Origin: Lama guanicoe
Taxonomy: Eukaryota
Assembly (NCBI GenBank): GCA_013239625.1
Contig: MU053652.1
Coordinates: 3,833,902 to 3,897,901, forward strand
Direction of reading: 5' to 3'
DNA length: 64,000 nt
The notes under the pieces were generated by a model that was given only the letters and a program-made list of their open reading frames with translations, made no database searches and was not told the DNA's origin. The position numbers were made by a program, and so were the translations under genes. Of the stretch, positions 13,131 to 27,342 are shown piece after piece; position 1 is the first letter of the stretch, and every line of letters starts with the position of its first letter.

Positions 13131-14182
13131 AGGAAGTATCTGAGGAAAACCAAATAAAACATAATTTAAAAAAAAAAAAAAGACTTGGGGGAAAATCCCA
13201 AGGATCCAAATTCTCAGAAATTCCCATTCAACTGGGAGTTGGGTTCTTCAATACCCTGCTTACTCCTTCTCCCCATTCCTTTGTTTTATGTGTTATGTGT
13301 TACTTTTTAGTAATCATCTGTGGTGAGAAGGACAAGGGGGGGATGTACAATGGTAAGAAGATGCACACTCCACAGAGCGCCTCTCATACTGACCCATGAA
13401 TTACTCCAGCTTCCCTTGGATGCACCACTGTACCACTGTACCAACCTACCGAGTTGCATATGTCACAAAAATGGAAACAATGGTTTCAAATGTTTTACCT
13501 CCAGCACGATAATTAAATTAATTGTTTGCTCTGACTTCTGTGACCATCAGCAAATTCTCCCTATTATCACTAGCCATGATGAGTTAATATATAAAAATCT
13601 CAGATTATTTCAATCTAACACACCAAATGTGACAAAGAAGGAAAATGTGCCCATCTCAGGAGAGTACCTAAACATAGTACACACCTTCTCAGTGATTACT
13701 CCTTATTTCTGATTAAGTAAGCTTAATCAGAAACTAAGTCAACTTTAGATGTACTTTATATCTGAGATACAAAGTAGATTCTTTACATTAATCAGGTAAA
13801 ATTCACCTCATGTTTTCTTTAACCAGTCAGAATGGCCACAGGGATAGAGTAATAACAGGTATAAAACAACAAGAAAATAGTTTAGATAATATTTTCCTTT
13901 TCAAACCATTATCCAGAGATCTTTCAAGTGTCCACAGAAAGATCTACGAATCCAACAATCAAAAGATCACAACTTAGCTTCATATTTATAAAATACTGTA
14001 TTACTTCAGACCAAGTTGCTGGATCAGGCTTGATAAAAAGAAAAGTGCCATCTCCAGAGCTGCAGCATCAATGTCTACACTGAGTGCACCCACTAAGAAG
14101 GTTTGCAATCCAGTTACCCACTACACTGAACTCACTTTTGCTTTCACTCTTAGGTCATTTACTGAACAGATACTGACTATTA

Positions 14183-14498
14183 CAGTCGTCCTTCGGTCTT
14201 CACGGGGGATTGGTTTCAGAGCCACCGGATAACAAAAATCTGCAGATGCTCAATTCCCGTATGTAAAATGGCACCGTATTTGCACATAACCTACACACAT
14301 CCCCCAGTATACTTTAAACTGTCTCTAGATTACTTATAATACCTAATATAATGTACATACTATGTAAATAGGTGCCAGTGCTGCAAATTCAAGTTTTGCT
14401 TTTTGGAACTTTCTGGGATTCCCCCCCCCCTCAATATTTTCAATCTGAGATTGGTTAAATCCACAGATGCAGAACCCACAGATATGGAAGGCCGACTG
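14183..14498. mobile_element. MER2-like TcMar-Tigger MITE inserted in an L2
   Basis: TA|cagtcgtccttc...gaaggccgactg inverted termini and typical MER2 internal sequence. Confidence 0.85.
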
Positions 14499-14499
14499 T

Positions 14500-15680
14500 G
14501 TTTAGTACAGATATTATCTGGTGCCAGGCAGCTGTACTGGACTGCAGTGAAGAATAGAACTAAACCCCTGCTCTCAATCCTAGCCGAAGAGACAGACCAC
14601 ACACAAGTATAAATGTTAATAAATAACTTCAGGTAGTGGTAAGTGTTACAAAGACAATAAAATACGGGATGCATTAGGCTGTGACTTGGTGACAAGGAGA
14701 AAGTTTCATCAGATGGGATAATCAAGAGAGGCTCGTCTCAGGAGGTGATATCTGAGCTAGACTTTGAATAAGATAAAGTCAATCATGCAATGATCTAGAA
14801 CAATGTTTCAGGTGGAGGAAACAGCAAAAGTGAAAGAGCTGGAAGCATTTGACAGAAAGAAAGGTGAGTGTGGCCAGAACATAGTGACTGAGGGGGAGAA
14901 TGAGAAATGAGGTTGGAAAAGGCAGGTTATATACACAGGGCCTCAGAGGCCATGGCAGAGTCTGAATTTGATTCTAGGAATAGTGGAAAGCCATTAAAAG
15001 GCTTAAACAAGAGAGTGATATTACCTGATTTAAGTTTTTTAAAAAATCTGATGGCTCTGTAGAGTATGGACTGTGGCAAGAAGGAGATCAATAGAACTGA
15101 TTGATGTAAACAGTCCAAGTGAGAGATGCTGAAGGCATGGGCAGGGGTGGTGATGAGAACTGAGAAGAATGATCGGATTCAGGGTACATTTTAGAGGTGA
15201 GCTGAAATGACTTGCTAATGAATTAGATGTGCTTGGTGGTGGAGTGAGGGCAAAACAGGGAAACTAAGGATTACTTAGACTTGAGCTGCCAGATGGACCA
15301 TGGTGCTGTTAGCTGATATGAGGAATACTAGGGAAGGAACAGATCTGAAGTGGAGAGTAGGGACAATCAAAGGTTCCATTTTGGGCATGTCAGGTACTGG
15401 AGATCTAATAGTCTTATAAGCTGGGGTGTAAACAGCATATAGATGGGATATAAAGCCCACAGGACAGGATGAGATCATGTGGAGAGAAATTATAAACAGA
15501 GCCCTGGGACATGCCAATACTGATCAAGTGAGAAGAGGATGAGGAGCCAGCAGAATTGCTGACAGGGAGCACTTGGTAAAGTAAGAGGCTATTAGGAGAG
15601 TGTAGGGTACAGAAACCAAGAGGAGAAAGTGTTTTAAGAAGAAAGGAGTAATCAACTATGTTAAATGCTGCTGGAAGTCT
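14500..15680 (-). mobile_element. L2 fragment (approximate bounds)
   Basis: Degenerate L2 motifs (gtgccaggca..aggtagtggtaagtg..tctgagctagactttgaa..aatgctgctg). Confidence 0.65.
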
Positions 15681-16350
15681 AAGGTAAGGAAAGAAAACTC
15701 ACAAGTGGACTTAAAGCTAGACGTATTAATAAAGAAATAAGGTAGGAAAATATGTTACAAAAAAGGAATTTGATCTTGATCAAGTTATCACTTTTAAAGC
15801 TAAAAAACACTTAAAAGAGAAAAGCTCAGCATAATTCCTAAGGTATGCTGATTTATCAAGCTAAGTAATTTTGACTTCCTCTCTCAAAGGAAGAGGTGGG
15901 AAGCAATGACTCAGGAGGGTGGCCCACCAAGTTTTCCATTCTTACTCCCTAAAAAGAGGAGCCTTCCCTGACAGCAGTGTGTTGGCATTCAGAATTTATA
16001 AGGAAAGAGGAGCAGCTCAGCCCAGGAGTGACTGAAAGTTTACTCGCCCCACTTGATTGTGACTCATCAAAGTCCTAACAGTCTCCTGTCCAAACCAACT
16101 CCAAGCTAAAAGTTTCTTTATCTAACCCAAGGGCCCAAGTGAAAGGAAAAAACTGAGGGGGAGACCATATCCATGCCCTTGGCTGGGAGCATTCTTCTGC
16201 CATTTTCTTTTCTGAGGCTGCTACTATTTCGCTATCAGACTCCAGCCTGTGTCTCACTCTGGTGAGGACAAAATTAAGAAGAGTGATCTGAGGCCTGCCC
16301 ACACCCGTGCCGCTTGTCTTTGTGTCTCCTCCTCACTTCCCGCCCCTTAC

Positions 16351-16491
16351 CTGGGTCATTTTGTCCACAGAGACTGGAATTCCATCGATGGTGAGAGGTG
16401 GCAGCTCTGAGTTAACCTCCTGTGGTGCAGGGGCGTGTTCTGCCAGGGCAGACTCCAGGTCTTCCAGGATCATGCTCTTGTACTTACGCAC
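16351..16491 (-). CDS. NRF1: NRF1 exon 5, 141 nt: VRKYKSMILEDLESALAEHAPAPQEVNSELPPLTIDGIPVSVDKMTQ
   Basis: Acceptor ctgcag|GTGCGT, donor CAG|gtaagg. Overlaps ORF 16333..16557. Confidence 0.97.
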
Positions 16492-18340
16492 CTGCAGGGA
16501 ATTAAGGGCAGAAGTAAACAAGATGCCCAACAACCAGGGAGGGTTGGTGCCAAGCAACCAGAAAGTGGGTGGAGCTGGCCTTCCTTAGCCATCACAGAGC
16601 CCTAAGAACAAACACTACAACTAGCAGATAAAAATACCCACTGGCCCCAAAGACACCACATTGTACAGAATTAAATGAAATGATGAAATTACAGGTAACA
16701 ACAGCAGAAAGAAACCAGTATTTACAGAAACACTGCTCCTCAGTTAAAATCACGTTTTCTCAGTGAATGCTGGCCTCATTACCTATTCCAGATCTAACAG
16801 GAACGGCATCCATTATTCTGCATTTCCCAGGCCATTTGATGAAACCTAGCTATGGCAGTTAATTACCAAAATCATTTTTAAGATCACCAAGGACTTATGT
16901 CTCTAAAATTCTATAACCTATTCAAAACATTCCTCTGCCGCTACTTTCCTGCAAAGCTAGACTACAAAACAAATAGGAGATTCAAGTGTACAAGAGGATA
17001 GACTGAAAGGCATCAAAGAAAAAAACCCAAGAAGTATATATTGTAGCTGGGTGTCATAGGTGCCACCATCAGTAAGGCCCAGGGCCAGAGAGAGCACTAC
17101 CAGGTCAAGTCCTCCTTCTTTCTGGTCCTCCCGGGTGACAGAGGTGAACTTCACACCCATGATGCCTCTGTAGCTTTGACAAGCCCAGGTCTGAACCAGC
17201 TACTGTTGCTCTGATTCCATTCCCCCACTGCCAGTGAAAGGTCTCTCAAAAAAACGGAACTTCGCAGCAGCACATTGTACATGTACACATTCTTCTATCA
17301 TGAGCAGCAACAGTAGACAGACATTGGATCCTACAACCGCCAATAGTGGCTTCATTCACTTACAAGAATACACAAGGGGGATGAGGATACCTTTGGGGAT
17401 AAGAAAGAAGCCATGGAATTATAGAAATGTGACAAGACAGGAAAGAAAATTAACTTGCTTTCAGGACTCAGGCCATTATCTCAGGGAAAAAGGGAAAGAG
17501 AAAGTGAGGTTTGCCCAGAAGTTATGACAATGTTTAAGAACTGGGTTTTCTACTATGTGGACTGAACGCTCAATCATGACACACTTCCTTATAAATATCT
17601 TATTATGAACATTAAAAAAGAAAGATTCTCATACTCTGCCTCAAGCATCTGAAAAAGCAAAAATTGTTGACTACAATGTACAACTTTTACAGAATTTTCC
17701 AAATAGATCAACAATAAAATGATGAAAGAAAAACAGTGCAAACATGTAGAATGACAGCTACTCTAGAGATTCAGTTTTATCCTGGTTTCTAACAAAAAAG
17801 AAAGTTTAAAAAATTATTGCCAATATATTTATTGTAACAGCTGGTGTTGCCATGGCATCTTTAAGGCTTTATACTTTCTGATTTCTAGATTTCTATACCC
17901 TATGTAGTTTTTACACTACCAACCCACAGAAAAACTGAATAAACCTAGGTTATGGTTTGAACTTTAATGTATCAGGTTAAAGTATTATAGTAAGAGTGAA
18001 TGATTAGTATAAAGATAAATTTCACTATGCTGGAAATACCTAGCATTCAAAGACAAAAAAATCATTAGATTATTACTATTATTACATTATTAGCTAGTTT
18101 CAAACACTTTCAGACACTTTTATAGGTCAGTAGAATTCTAGGAATTCATATCCAGGCATTTTGCTAAACTTACCAGTGCTATGCAACTCCATAAAAATAT
18201 CTTGATTTAAAAAATAATGCTGGTAGAGCATCCCCAGAGTAATTTACAATAAAACATCTTTAGGTGTGACCACGGTATCTCTAAGTTTACTTACTAAAGT
18301 TAACTAAGTTTCCCAGAATTATAAAGCTGGTGCTTCAATT

Positions 18341-18994
18341 CTACCTGATCTATCAATTCAGAGACAAAATTTTTCCACATTTATCATTCCTCTGAAATTG
18401 GGATACATCTTAAAATTGCTGTAGACCAGGTGTCATGGGGCACAGAAGTCACTGCCTGCACATATATGAACATGGCTGTTATCCCTGGAGGCATGATTGC
18501 AACCCCTAGCCTTTTCAATCATCAAGCCATTTAGCACTATTTCAGAAATGAACATGTCTTGGTTGTTGTCTGGTAACTCCCCCAGTGATCAAAAAGAACC
18601 AGCATCAAACTTGTGGCAGCTAGGAAAAGGTCTCAGAGAGGATAGCAGAGCACTTTTTAAAATGCCACCCACACTCCCTATGACACTGAGGACAATATTC
18701 CATGAAACCACACAATGATGACTCTGAAACAAGAATAATTCAGAACTGGACTCTGTGGAAAAGTTTCGGAATAGCAATTTATTTCACTTACATGTTCCTT
18801 TTTGTGTATATACAAAAGCAGTATGATTAAAATCTATATCTAAGTAAGCCTGAAAGAGCTCTTTCAATAAGTATAAAGTAAAAATTCTTAGCAATAAGCG
18901 TTGTGTCAGTTTGTCAATGTTTTTTCTTTCTTTGTGGTGCATAAATAATGGTGCATCTTATAATTGATGGTGTCAAAGACATGATGAAATACAA
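18341..18994. mobile_element. Kanga1/MER104-like TcMar-Tc2 DNA transposon relic
   Basis: Ends resemble ..tcaattc.gagac..ctctgaaattgggatacatctta and gcatcttataattgatggtgtc..gatgaaatac. Family assigned from memory. Confidence 0.55.
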
Positions 18995-21696
18995 GTCTGT
19001 TTGTTTTCCAACTTCTACCTTCTATTCTAAAAACCCCAGCTAAAGCCTGTCACTTCATAACTTGTACATCACTGTCAACTAACCGTTTTTACAGTTAAGA
19101 GTTAAAAAACCACTTAAAAACAGTATCAGCAGGTCTGCTTACCAATCTCTCTTCCACCAATTCATCCTGCATACCACTGCCATTTAAAATTTCTGTAACA
19201 CTAATATTATAATCAAATACCACTTATGGAGCACCTGCTATGTGTCAAGCACTGCATGCACTATCTCAATTAATTCTCATATAATTCTATAAGGAAACTA
19301 TTCTTACACCCATTTTGGAGATAAGAAAACTCAAGCTTAAGTAATTAGCCCAAGTTACATAGTTAGTATACAGGAATATAGCAGGAAATCTAACTAAGTT
19401 CCAAAGCCTACATGTTCAGCCACTTCACTATTATTTATCTGTTTTCTCAAAAATCCTCCTACAGTTACCCACTTCTTATAGGATGAAGTCCAAACTTCTC
19501 AGTCTCACATTACAACTATTCTGATCATTCCCTACTTTCCCAACACTCCTTTAACAGGGCCAGCAGCTACAGTTGTCTGCCCAGTTCTGCAGACTACACA
19601 AACGGCACCCTCTTGAGTTCCCAGTATACAACCCACAGAGTCCTACTGGGCAACTTGGCTCACCATACTCCCTCTTTAGCTGGCCAGCCTCCTTACTAAC
19701 TTCTGCATCTAGCAAATTCTGTTCTGTCTCTGGGTCTTTAATTCTGCTTTTTATCCAAATATTATCTATCTTTCAAGGCCCAACTCAATTTCCACTTCCT
19801 CAGAGAAAATTCCCCATGGATTCTTGTCATAATCCTCTTACTCCTTTAAATTCCTACAGACTCAATCTTGTGTCACTTTGTTGTTATTTCCAGGCTACAC
19901 TGCGCACAACTAGTCCACGACATTGCCAAGTATAGGGAGCAGGTCTTTTATTTTTTTAATATCTATTATGAAACATTTTCACGTATTCAGACATGTACAG
20001 ATAAATACATTAACAAATATTCTCACAATTACCAGAGATGAAGAGTGTTTAGTGTGTTTACAGGAATCATTAGAGTTCTGGGCACAGAATATGCTTACTG
20101 CGAATTTACTAACTGGCTGCTACAACCATAAGGTCAATGGGCCTTTAGTCAGGTTGCCAAAAATGTCCCAGAGAAGATACCATATTCTTTCATATACTTG
20201 AAGCTTTTCTGGATAAAAGAGGAGTCTTTAGGAAGGTCTCAAAAATGATTTTTTAAATTATTTTTTTACCTATGAGCTGCTCTGAAATTAAAAACATATT
20301 GTCATCTGAGGTATATAACAGAGAGATGCCCAAGTGCAGTGCTAACTGCAGACCTGTGATCCTGAAGAACACACGCCACAGAGCCAGGCCACAGGCTGTG
20401 GCCTGAAGAATTCCGTGAGCTTCATCTTGTTCTCTCCAGGCTCAATGGCAGCCTCTTTCCTCCCCTGCCTCAGTCCAGATCTCTAGTTTCCCTCTTGTCC
20501 CCTGGATCTCTACTTTTGAACCTTGAAACCTCAAAGGACTTCGATGGAATGCTTATCTCATACTTTGTAGCTAACTGTGTTAGTTACCTGTTGAATAAGT
20601 TAATAAATAACCAATAGGGCTTTTACATTACTACTTTTTTTAATGTGATATTTGCTAGCTAGCTAGCAATTTATTTATTTATTGTTTGTTTGTTTTACAT
20701 TACTACTTTTTAAATATGCTTCCATATTTCCTGTAACTTGAAACCATTTTAAAAAACCTATCTAAATAAATGAATGACTTAGAATAAGAAATCATGACCA
20801 ACTCCAGAGTCCACTTATCTACTGGGAAGGTGGAATTAAACAAAAGAAGAGGATTATTATAACCGCAGAGCAACCTCCTGTTTCTGTAATCATGACTAAT
20901 TTCTGTATCAGTAGAACTGGTTAGTCATACCCAGTGTATCCCCATTGAAATGCTATGGATTATTGATTCTAAGGAAAGGGCTCTGCCTGCAGAAACTCCC
21001 ATGGTTCTTCTGAAAAATTCTCTTTGTCCCTCAATAAAATATTTCTAGACCTATTCCTACAAAGCTCATAAAAGTATGTGATATGGCAGTAAGCCACCAA
21101 GAGAATACCCTTAGGGTACAGCAACTTAAAAATCTACTGCTTGCCAATGCTTTTCAGTAAACATTGCCAGTTCTCCATAAACATTATATACAGGAGGATA
21201 ATAACAAACTAATTAATTTCTACTGCTCTCCAGTGAGGTTGGTATTATCCTTATTTTACACATGAGGACACTGAGCCACATATAGCAACAATCAATGTGG
21301 AGGACCACTCAAGAAACCACAGCTTAAACACAAGTTTTGCAAAAGTGAAGTTTTTAGCTACATATGCACTCAGCAATTTCATAAACATGTAGAAAATGTA
21401 GATTTACTTCTAAAGTAGGATCAAACCCTGTATGGTTCTATCATCTACTTTTTTAACTTAACCATCTGAAAATGTCAACAGAAAGATCTGTGTCATCATG
21501 TGTAATGGCAGTGTAGCAGTCCTATCTAGGGATGAGCCATCCATTTATCTATCCAATCCCTTATCTTTGAGCTTTTAGGTTATACTCAATTTTTAAAAAA
21601 TACTATTAATACTACAGTGACTCATATCTTTGCTTAATCAATTACTTCCTTAGAAGAAAATTTCAAAAGGAAGCTGGGTTAAAAAGTGTACATTTG

Positions 21697-21804
21697 ATGT
21701 ACGTTCATGTATAACTGAAAAATTGTGCTCTACACTAGAATTTGACACAACATTGTAAAAGGACTATAACTCAATGAAAAAAATGTTAAAAAAAATAAAA
21801 AAAT
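21697..21804 (+). mobile_element. Short lineage L1 3' end; the monomeric form of the unit multimerised at 30355-30676
   Basis: ataactgaaaaattgtgctctacactagaatttgacacaacattgtaaaaggactataactcaatg..aatgttaaaaaaa. Degenerate TSD aaaaagtgtacatttg / aagaagtatacacttg. Confidence 0.8.
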
Positions 21805-22454
21805 AAGAAGTATACACTTGGTGCACTTCTTATGAGTTGCCAAAATGCCCTCCAAAAAATCACGCTAGTTTAAACTGCCTGTTTGATATAGCAGCACTAC
21901 AAGTTATATATCTTTTTCATGTCTGCCAACATGAGCCATACGAAACACCTTTTTGTTTCAATTCCCATTTCTTCGAACTTTTGTGTGTTTGTTAAACATT
22001 TGTATTTCCTCCTTTTGTTTATGTCCTTTTCTCTTTTGTCTTTGGGTGTTCTTAAAAATAAATTTTTAAATGAAAAAATTTAAATATACAGAAAGGTGAA
22101 GAGAACAGTAAAACAAATACCTCTATACCCACCACTTAGATTCAATAATTGTGCACATTTTGGCATAATTACTTTATCTGCCATCTAGACACACTTTTTT
22201 TGGCTAACCACTTAAAGTATATCTAGACATTTCAAGACTTCTTAATATTTCTGCATGCATCTTGGAAGAATAAGGGCATTCTCATATATAATTACAATAC
22301 AATTTTCATAACCTACAAAAATAACATAATTCCTTAATATCATCTAATATCTAATCCATATTCAAACATATCTTTAGATCTTTGTTATTCATCTGTTCAT
22401 ATTTTATTGGTTTTTGAGAGTTCTTTATATATTAAGAATATGAATCAGTTCACT

Positions 22455-22625
22455 ACTTACTATGTGATCTTGGGCAAAATATTTAAGCTCTTAAATCCTC
22501 AATTACTACATCTGTAAAGCACAGGTAATAACAAATATATACATCACAGAGTTATTGTGATGATTAAGTAAAAATCAAAGTGCTTAGCAGAAACAGGCAC
22601 ATTATAAACACTCAACAAATTGTAA
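22455..22625 (+). mobile_element. MIR SINE
   Basis: cttactatgtgatcttgggcaa..catctgtaaa..gttattgtga.gattaa..aaagtgcttagca core. Confidence 0.75.
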
Positions 22626-23149
22626 TTGCTGTTACTATTTTTAAAAGATTGTTTTGCCAGTTTGCTGTTCTTGTTTTTGTTTACAGTGCCTTGCCATACA
22701 TCCCAATTGGTGGCAAGGAGATAATATGGGCAGAACTCAATAAATAACTGACAATCCTGAATCTGTAATCCATATTCCAAGATGAACAGCCCTACTTAAT
22801 TTTAATCTTCCAGAGTTCTCAGAAACCTCCAGAAAGAAGAGCAAAAAGGAAGATCAATGATGGTTTCAGGCAGGAAGGCAAAATGTAAATACCAAAGTTT
22901 TAATATTATTTAATAAGACAATACATATAAAGTACTTATAACTTATAACCTAGAACGTAAGTATTCAATAAATGTTAAACATAATTATAAAATCTAAATA
23001 ATTTCTTTAACTATTATTAATATGAGAGTATGTGCAATATACTACATAACTGATTACAGTAAACATAGGCTCTGACTCTTTAATACCACCCCATATACCA
23101 GTATTTATAAAATTAAGGATATTCTGTACTTTTAAGGTTTCACAGAAGT

Positions 23150-26100
23150 CATTAAAAATAATCAGGGGTGGACGTAGTGGCCCTTTGAGGGATGGTTTAA
23201 TTACTTTTTCAGTTTGGCACAGGTTTATCGTCCTCCTGAGGTTTGGACATGTTTTGGTTATTTTATTTTCTTATTAAATTATCCACTTAGTTGAGGTTTT
23301 TAATTGATAAGAACAGAATTAATACACAGCATTTCCTTATAATTTTTAATCTATTCTTATCTGCAATTACAACTCTTATCTGCAGTTATAACTCTCATCT
23401 CATTTCTAAACCTATATATTTGTTTTCTTCATCCTTTTTCTGAATCAGTATGCTAGACATTCTTCTATTTCACTGGATTTTTCATAGTACCATTTCTTGA
23501 GTGTTACAATTCTATTTCTGTTTACAAAATCATTCATTTCTTCTACATGTTTACTTAAACTATTTCTTTCTTAGACTTACTGTTCTCTTTCCAGCTTCTT
23601 GTTTTACATGAAGTTTCTTTTCCTTCTTTCTTTATATATAAGAAAAAAATCAAGGCAATGAATATTTCTTTGAGCACCAATTTAGATAATAACTTTTACA
23701 ATTTTTAAAAATTATTTTAAAATAGTATGCAAATTAAGTTTTTCTTTTAAGAAGTATTTAAAAATTTCCATGTGGCTAAAAATTTTTTCCTGTTAATCTT
23801 TTGTATATTAAGTCTAAACTTTCTATACTAAGGTTAAAAATATGGCCTGTGTAATTCTCCACATTTTACAGTTTATTAAGATTTTCTTTGGGGCCTAATA
23901 ATAACATATAGTTAATTCTTATAATCTATTCATATAATTTTTCAAAAAAGGTATAGTCTCCCATTGTAAGATATCAATGTTAATTATCTATTCTTTGTAT
24001 TAAACTTTAATTCTGTTATTCAGATCTCTATTTCTTATTTATATTTTTCTTCCTTGACCTGACAAAGATATTAAAGCCTCCTACTACCATTGTGGTTTCT
24101 TTTTTTCCCTCCCATTTCTAACTTTTTGATCTACATGCTTTGCTTTAATGTTACTTGAGACATAAGAGGCTCATTATAAATTTATACTGTTTATCAATAC
24201 TAAAGACCTCTGGGTCTCAGTTAATACTCCTCTGTCTTGAGAATTTAGCTTTCTCTGATATTAATGTTGCAATCCATGATTTATTTTTGTTGATATATCT
24301 TTGCCTATTACTTTATTTTTAAAATTGTAACAGCTTTATTGAGATATAATTCATATGCCATACATATTAGGTTTTCCTATGGTTGCCACAAAGTATCACA
24401 AACTTGGAAGCTTAAAACAATAGAAATTCATTCTCTTGCTTCACTGGGCTGAAAGTGTTGGCAGGGCTGCTCCTTCTGGAGGCTCTGGAAGAGAATCTCT
24501 TTTCTCATACCATCTAACATGTATTCCTTCACTCCTGACCCTTTCCTTCCCTGCTTCCACCAACACATCTCCTACTTCTGTATCAATCTCCCTTTGTCTC
24601 CCTCTTATAAAGAGACTGTGATTAGATTTAGGGTGTACCTAGATAATCCAGGATAATCTCCCCATCTCAGAATCTTTAACAATCAAACCTGCAGTTCTTT
24701 TTGCCAGTTAAGTAACACTCTGTAGTTCCAGGGATTTGGATCTGGATATATTTGGGGGACATTCATTATTCAGCCTGCCACACACACCACAAAATTCACC
24801 GTTTAAAATGTACAATTCAATCCTAAATAATATTTGTAGAGTCATGCAAGCATCATCATAATCTGGTTTTATTTTCTCTAAAAGAACCCTATACCTACTA
24901 GCTGTCACTCTCTGTTCCTCCCTGCCCCCTCTCAACCTGGCAACCACTAATCTACTTTCTGTCTCTATAGATTTGACTGTTCTGGACATTGCATATAAAT
25001 GGAATCATACAATATATGCCTTTTGTGAATGGATTCTTTGACTTAGCATGATGTTTTCAAGGCTCATCCATGCTGTACTTATCACTACTTCATTCCTTTT
25101 TATTGCTGCATATTTCACTGAGTGGATAATAGAACATTTTTTTATCCATTCATCAGTTGATGGACATTTGGGTTGTTTTCATTTTGTGGTCATTATGATT
25201 AATACTACTATGAACAGCGTGTATAAGTTTTTGTATATAAATTTTGCTATTATGAACACTGTGCTTATAAGATTGGTTTTCAGTTCTCCTCAGTAAGCTT
25301 AGGAGTAGATTTGCTAGGTTATATGGTAACTCTACTTTTAACATTTTGAAAAATTGCCAAACTATTTTGCAAAGCAGTTCCTTCATTTTACATTCCCAAC
25401 AGCAATGTATGAGGGTTCCAGTTTCTCCATATTCCCCACCAACACTTACTATTATTGTACATCTTTTTTATTATAGTCATCCTAGTGGGTATGAAGTGGT
25501 ATCTCATTGTGGTTTTGATTTTCATTTCCCTAATTAATAGTTATTAATTATTTCTATATCTTCTTTGGAGAAATAGCTATTCAGATTCTTTGCCATTTTA
25601 GATTGGGTTATTTGTCTTTTATTGTTGAGTTATATGAGTTCTTTATATACTTTGGATACAAATTCTGTCAGATATATAATTTGCAAATATTTTCTCCCAT
25701 TCCATGGACTGTCTTTTCGCTTTCTTGATGGTATCATTTGAACATCTGTGAGTCACTATAAGTATGTCACATAAATTGAATAGAATTGGGTTTTGATTTG
25801 GATTGTTGTCGTTCCAAACTGAAAGAAAATCTTTATTTTTAATAAGAGAGTTCAACACATTTATATTTATAGTTTATAACAGAATTAGCTGGTCTCATTT
25901 ATGTTACTTTGTTCTATGCCTTGTGTTCTATTTTGTTTTTTAATTCCTTCCCTTGTTTTCTATCTTTTGTATAAGACTTTCCCCCTCTTCATTGGTCTGG
26001 AAGACATACTTTGCTTGTATTCTCCTGTATTTATTCTTTAGCCTGTATTTATCAAATGCCAGTCAATGGAAAAATACCTATTGCTTTTTCTCTTGGTCTA

Positions 26101-26200
26101 GGCTATCATATGACCATTTATTCCTGTTTCACAGAGTTTGCAACGTTTTACATTCTATAGAAGATTCCAACAGTTTTCCAATACTTTTCTTTTGAATTTT
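23150..26200 (-). mobile_element. Old antisense L1 block with a nested L1MB-type 3' end (~24320-25740) and MLT1 LTR; bounds approximate
   Basis: Antisense ORF2-end and 3'UTR motifs. ORF-track peptides such as KKAKRQSMEWEKIFANYISD are L1 ORF2 remnants. Confidence 0.7.
24365..24782 (-). mobile_element. MLT1 (MaLR) solo LTR nested in L1
   Basis: tattag.tttcctatggttgcc..cacaaactt.g..gcttaaaacaa.agaaatt..ataatccaggataatctccccatctca..attcagcct.ccaca. Confidence 0.8.
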
Positions 26201-27215
26201 TTAGTGAGTAATTTTCAGAGGTATTTTTCTGAGTCTTCCAGATGAGTCTTTTTCATAGACCACATTATTATTAGTAGTAGTAATATCATTTAAAACTTAA
26301 TATTGAAGAAGACACACTTAGATTTCATGTTTGTCAACAGCATGACACTAAGGGCTGCTTGTTAGGCACCATTTTGAACTAGAAGCCTTCTACCTTATTC
26401 CTCTAAGGAAAGGTCCAAATATGCACCCTATTCTAGAGTCTCAGGAATTTGGGGAAAACTCAAAAGAAAACTCAAAAATGTTAAGAACTACAACATTTGT
26501 GTACGTGCAAAAAATACAACAAACAAAATCTCAACTGATTACTAATTCTGAGCTCTTGAAATATCTACATTCAATATGAGAGAAATCTAATAAATGCCAT
26601 TTTAACTTAATGAATTTAATCCTTGTAAAAACAAAATGCAATTTAAATCTGGACAGATCATTATTCTACTAAGTACTCAAAGTTACTTCAGTCAGAGAAA
26701 GAGTAGTTCACATAGTGTAAGTATGCAACAGTAAAATACTATTTTTATAAAGTCAGTTCTATATAGGTATACAATCAAAATATTCAACTATATTGAAGCA
26801 GAGTGTTAAATTCTTAGAATATAAGACATTTAAAACATGCAACTCAAATGTCAGCGATTAATGAAATGCTCTCAGGTTTGCCTCACAAATTGCACATCTT
26901 GAGTTAGCTACGATTTTGTTTCTAATATAAATCTGTAACTTTCTCACAAAATCTTGCATTGGTTTCTTAATGAACACAATGCCATTTTTTTTCCATTGCT
27001 CTGATAAGGCAAAATAACCTTGTTATGGAAAGTAGAAACAAAAATGGTCATTTTTATTTTGATCTGCATAAAGGAGTTTGAACATCAGTCCTGACCCTCA
27101 TTTCTGGATGAAGGGAAGATAGGCTAACTATTGTGCTAGACAAAGAATCAAAAGAATGTGAACAATAACCCACAGAAAGCAAAGGGTATCCGAGAACACG
27201 ATTCAGTTTTCTTAC

Positions 27216-27342
27216 CACATTCTCCAAAGGTGCTGCACCAAACACTTTAAACACGGGATTTGGCTTGGAGGGTGAGATACAAAGGACAATAGCTTGCTGT
27301 CCCACTCGAGTAGTATATTCGTCTAATGTGGCTCGAAGTTTC
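27216..27342 (-). CDS. NRF1: NRF1 exon 4, 127 nt: (R)KLRATLDEYTTRVGQQAIVLCISPSKPNPVFKVFGAAPLENV
   Basis: Acceptor attcag|GAAACT, donor GTG|gtaaga. Overlaps ORF 27054..27305. Confidence 0.97.

Noticed and set aside
13320..13712. 130-aa plus-strand ORF
   Set aside because: No recognisable protein similarity or exon structure; the length is compatible with chance in 64 kb.
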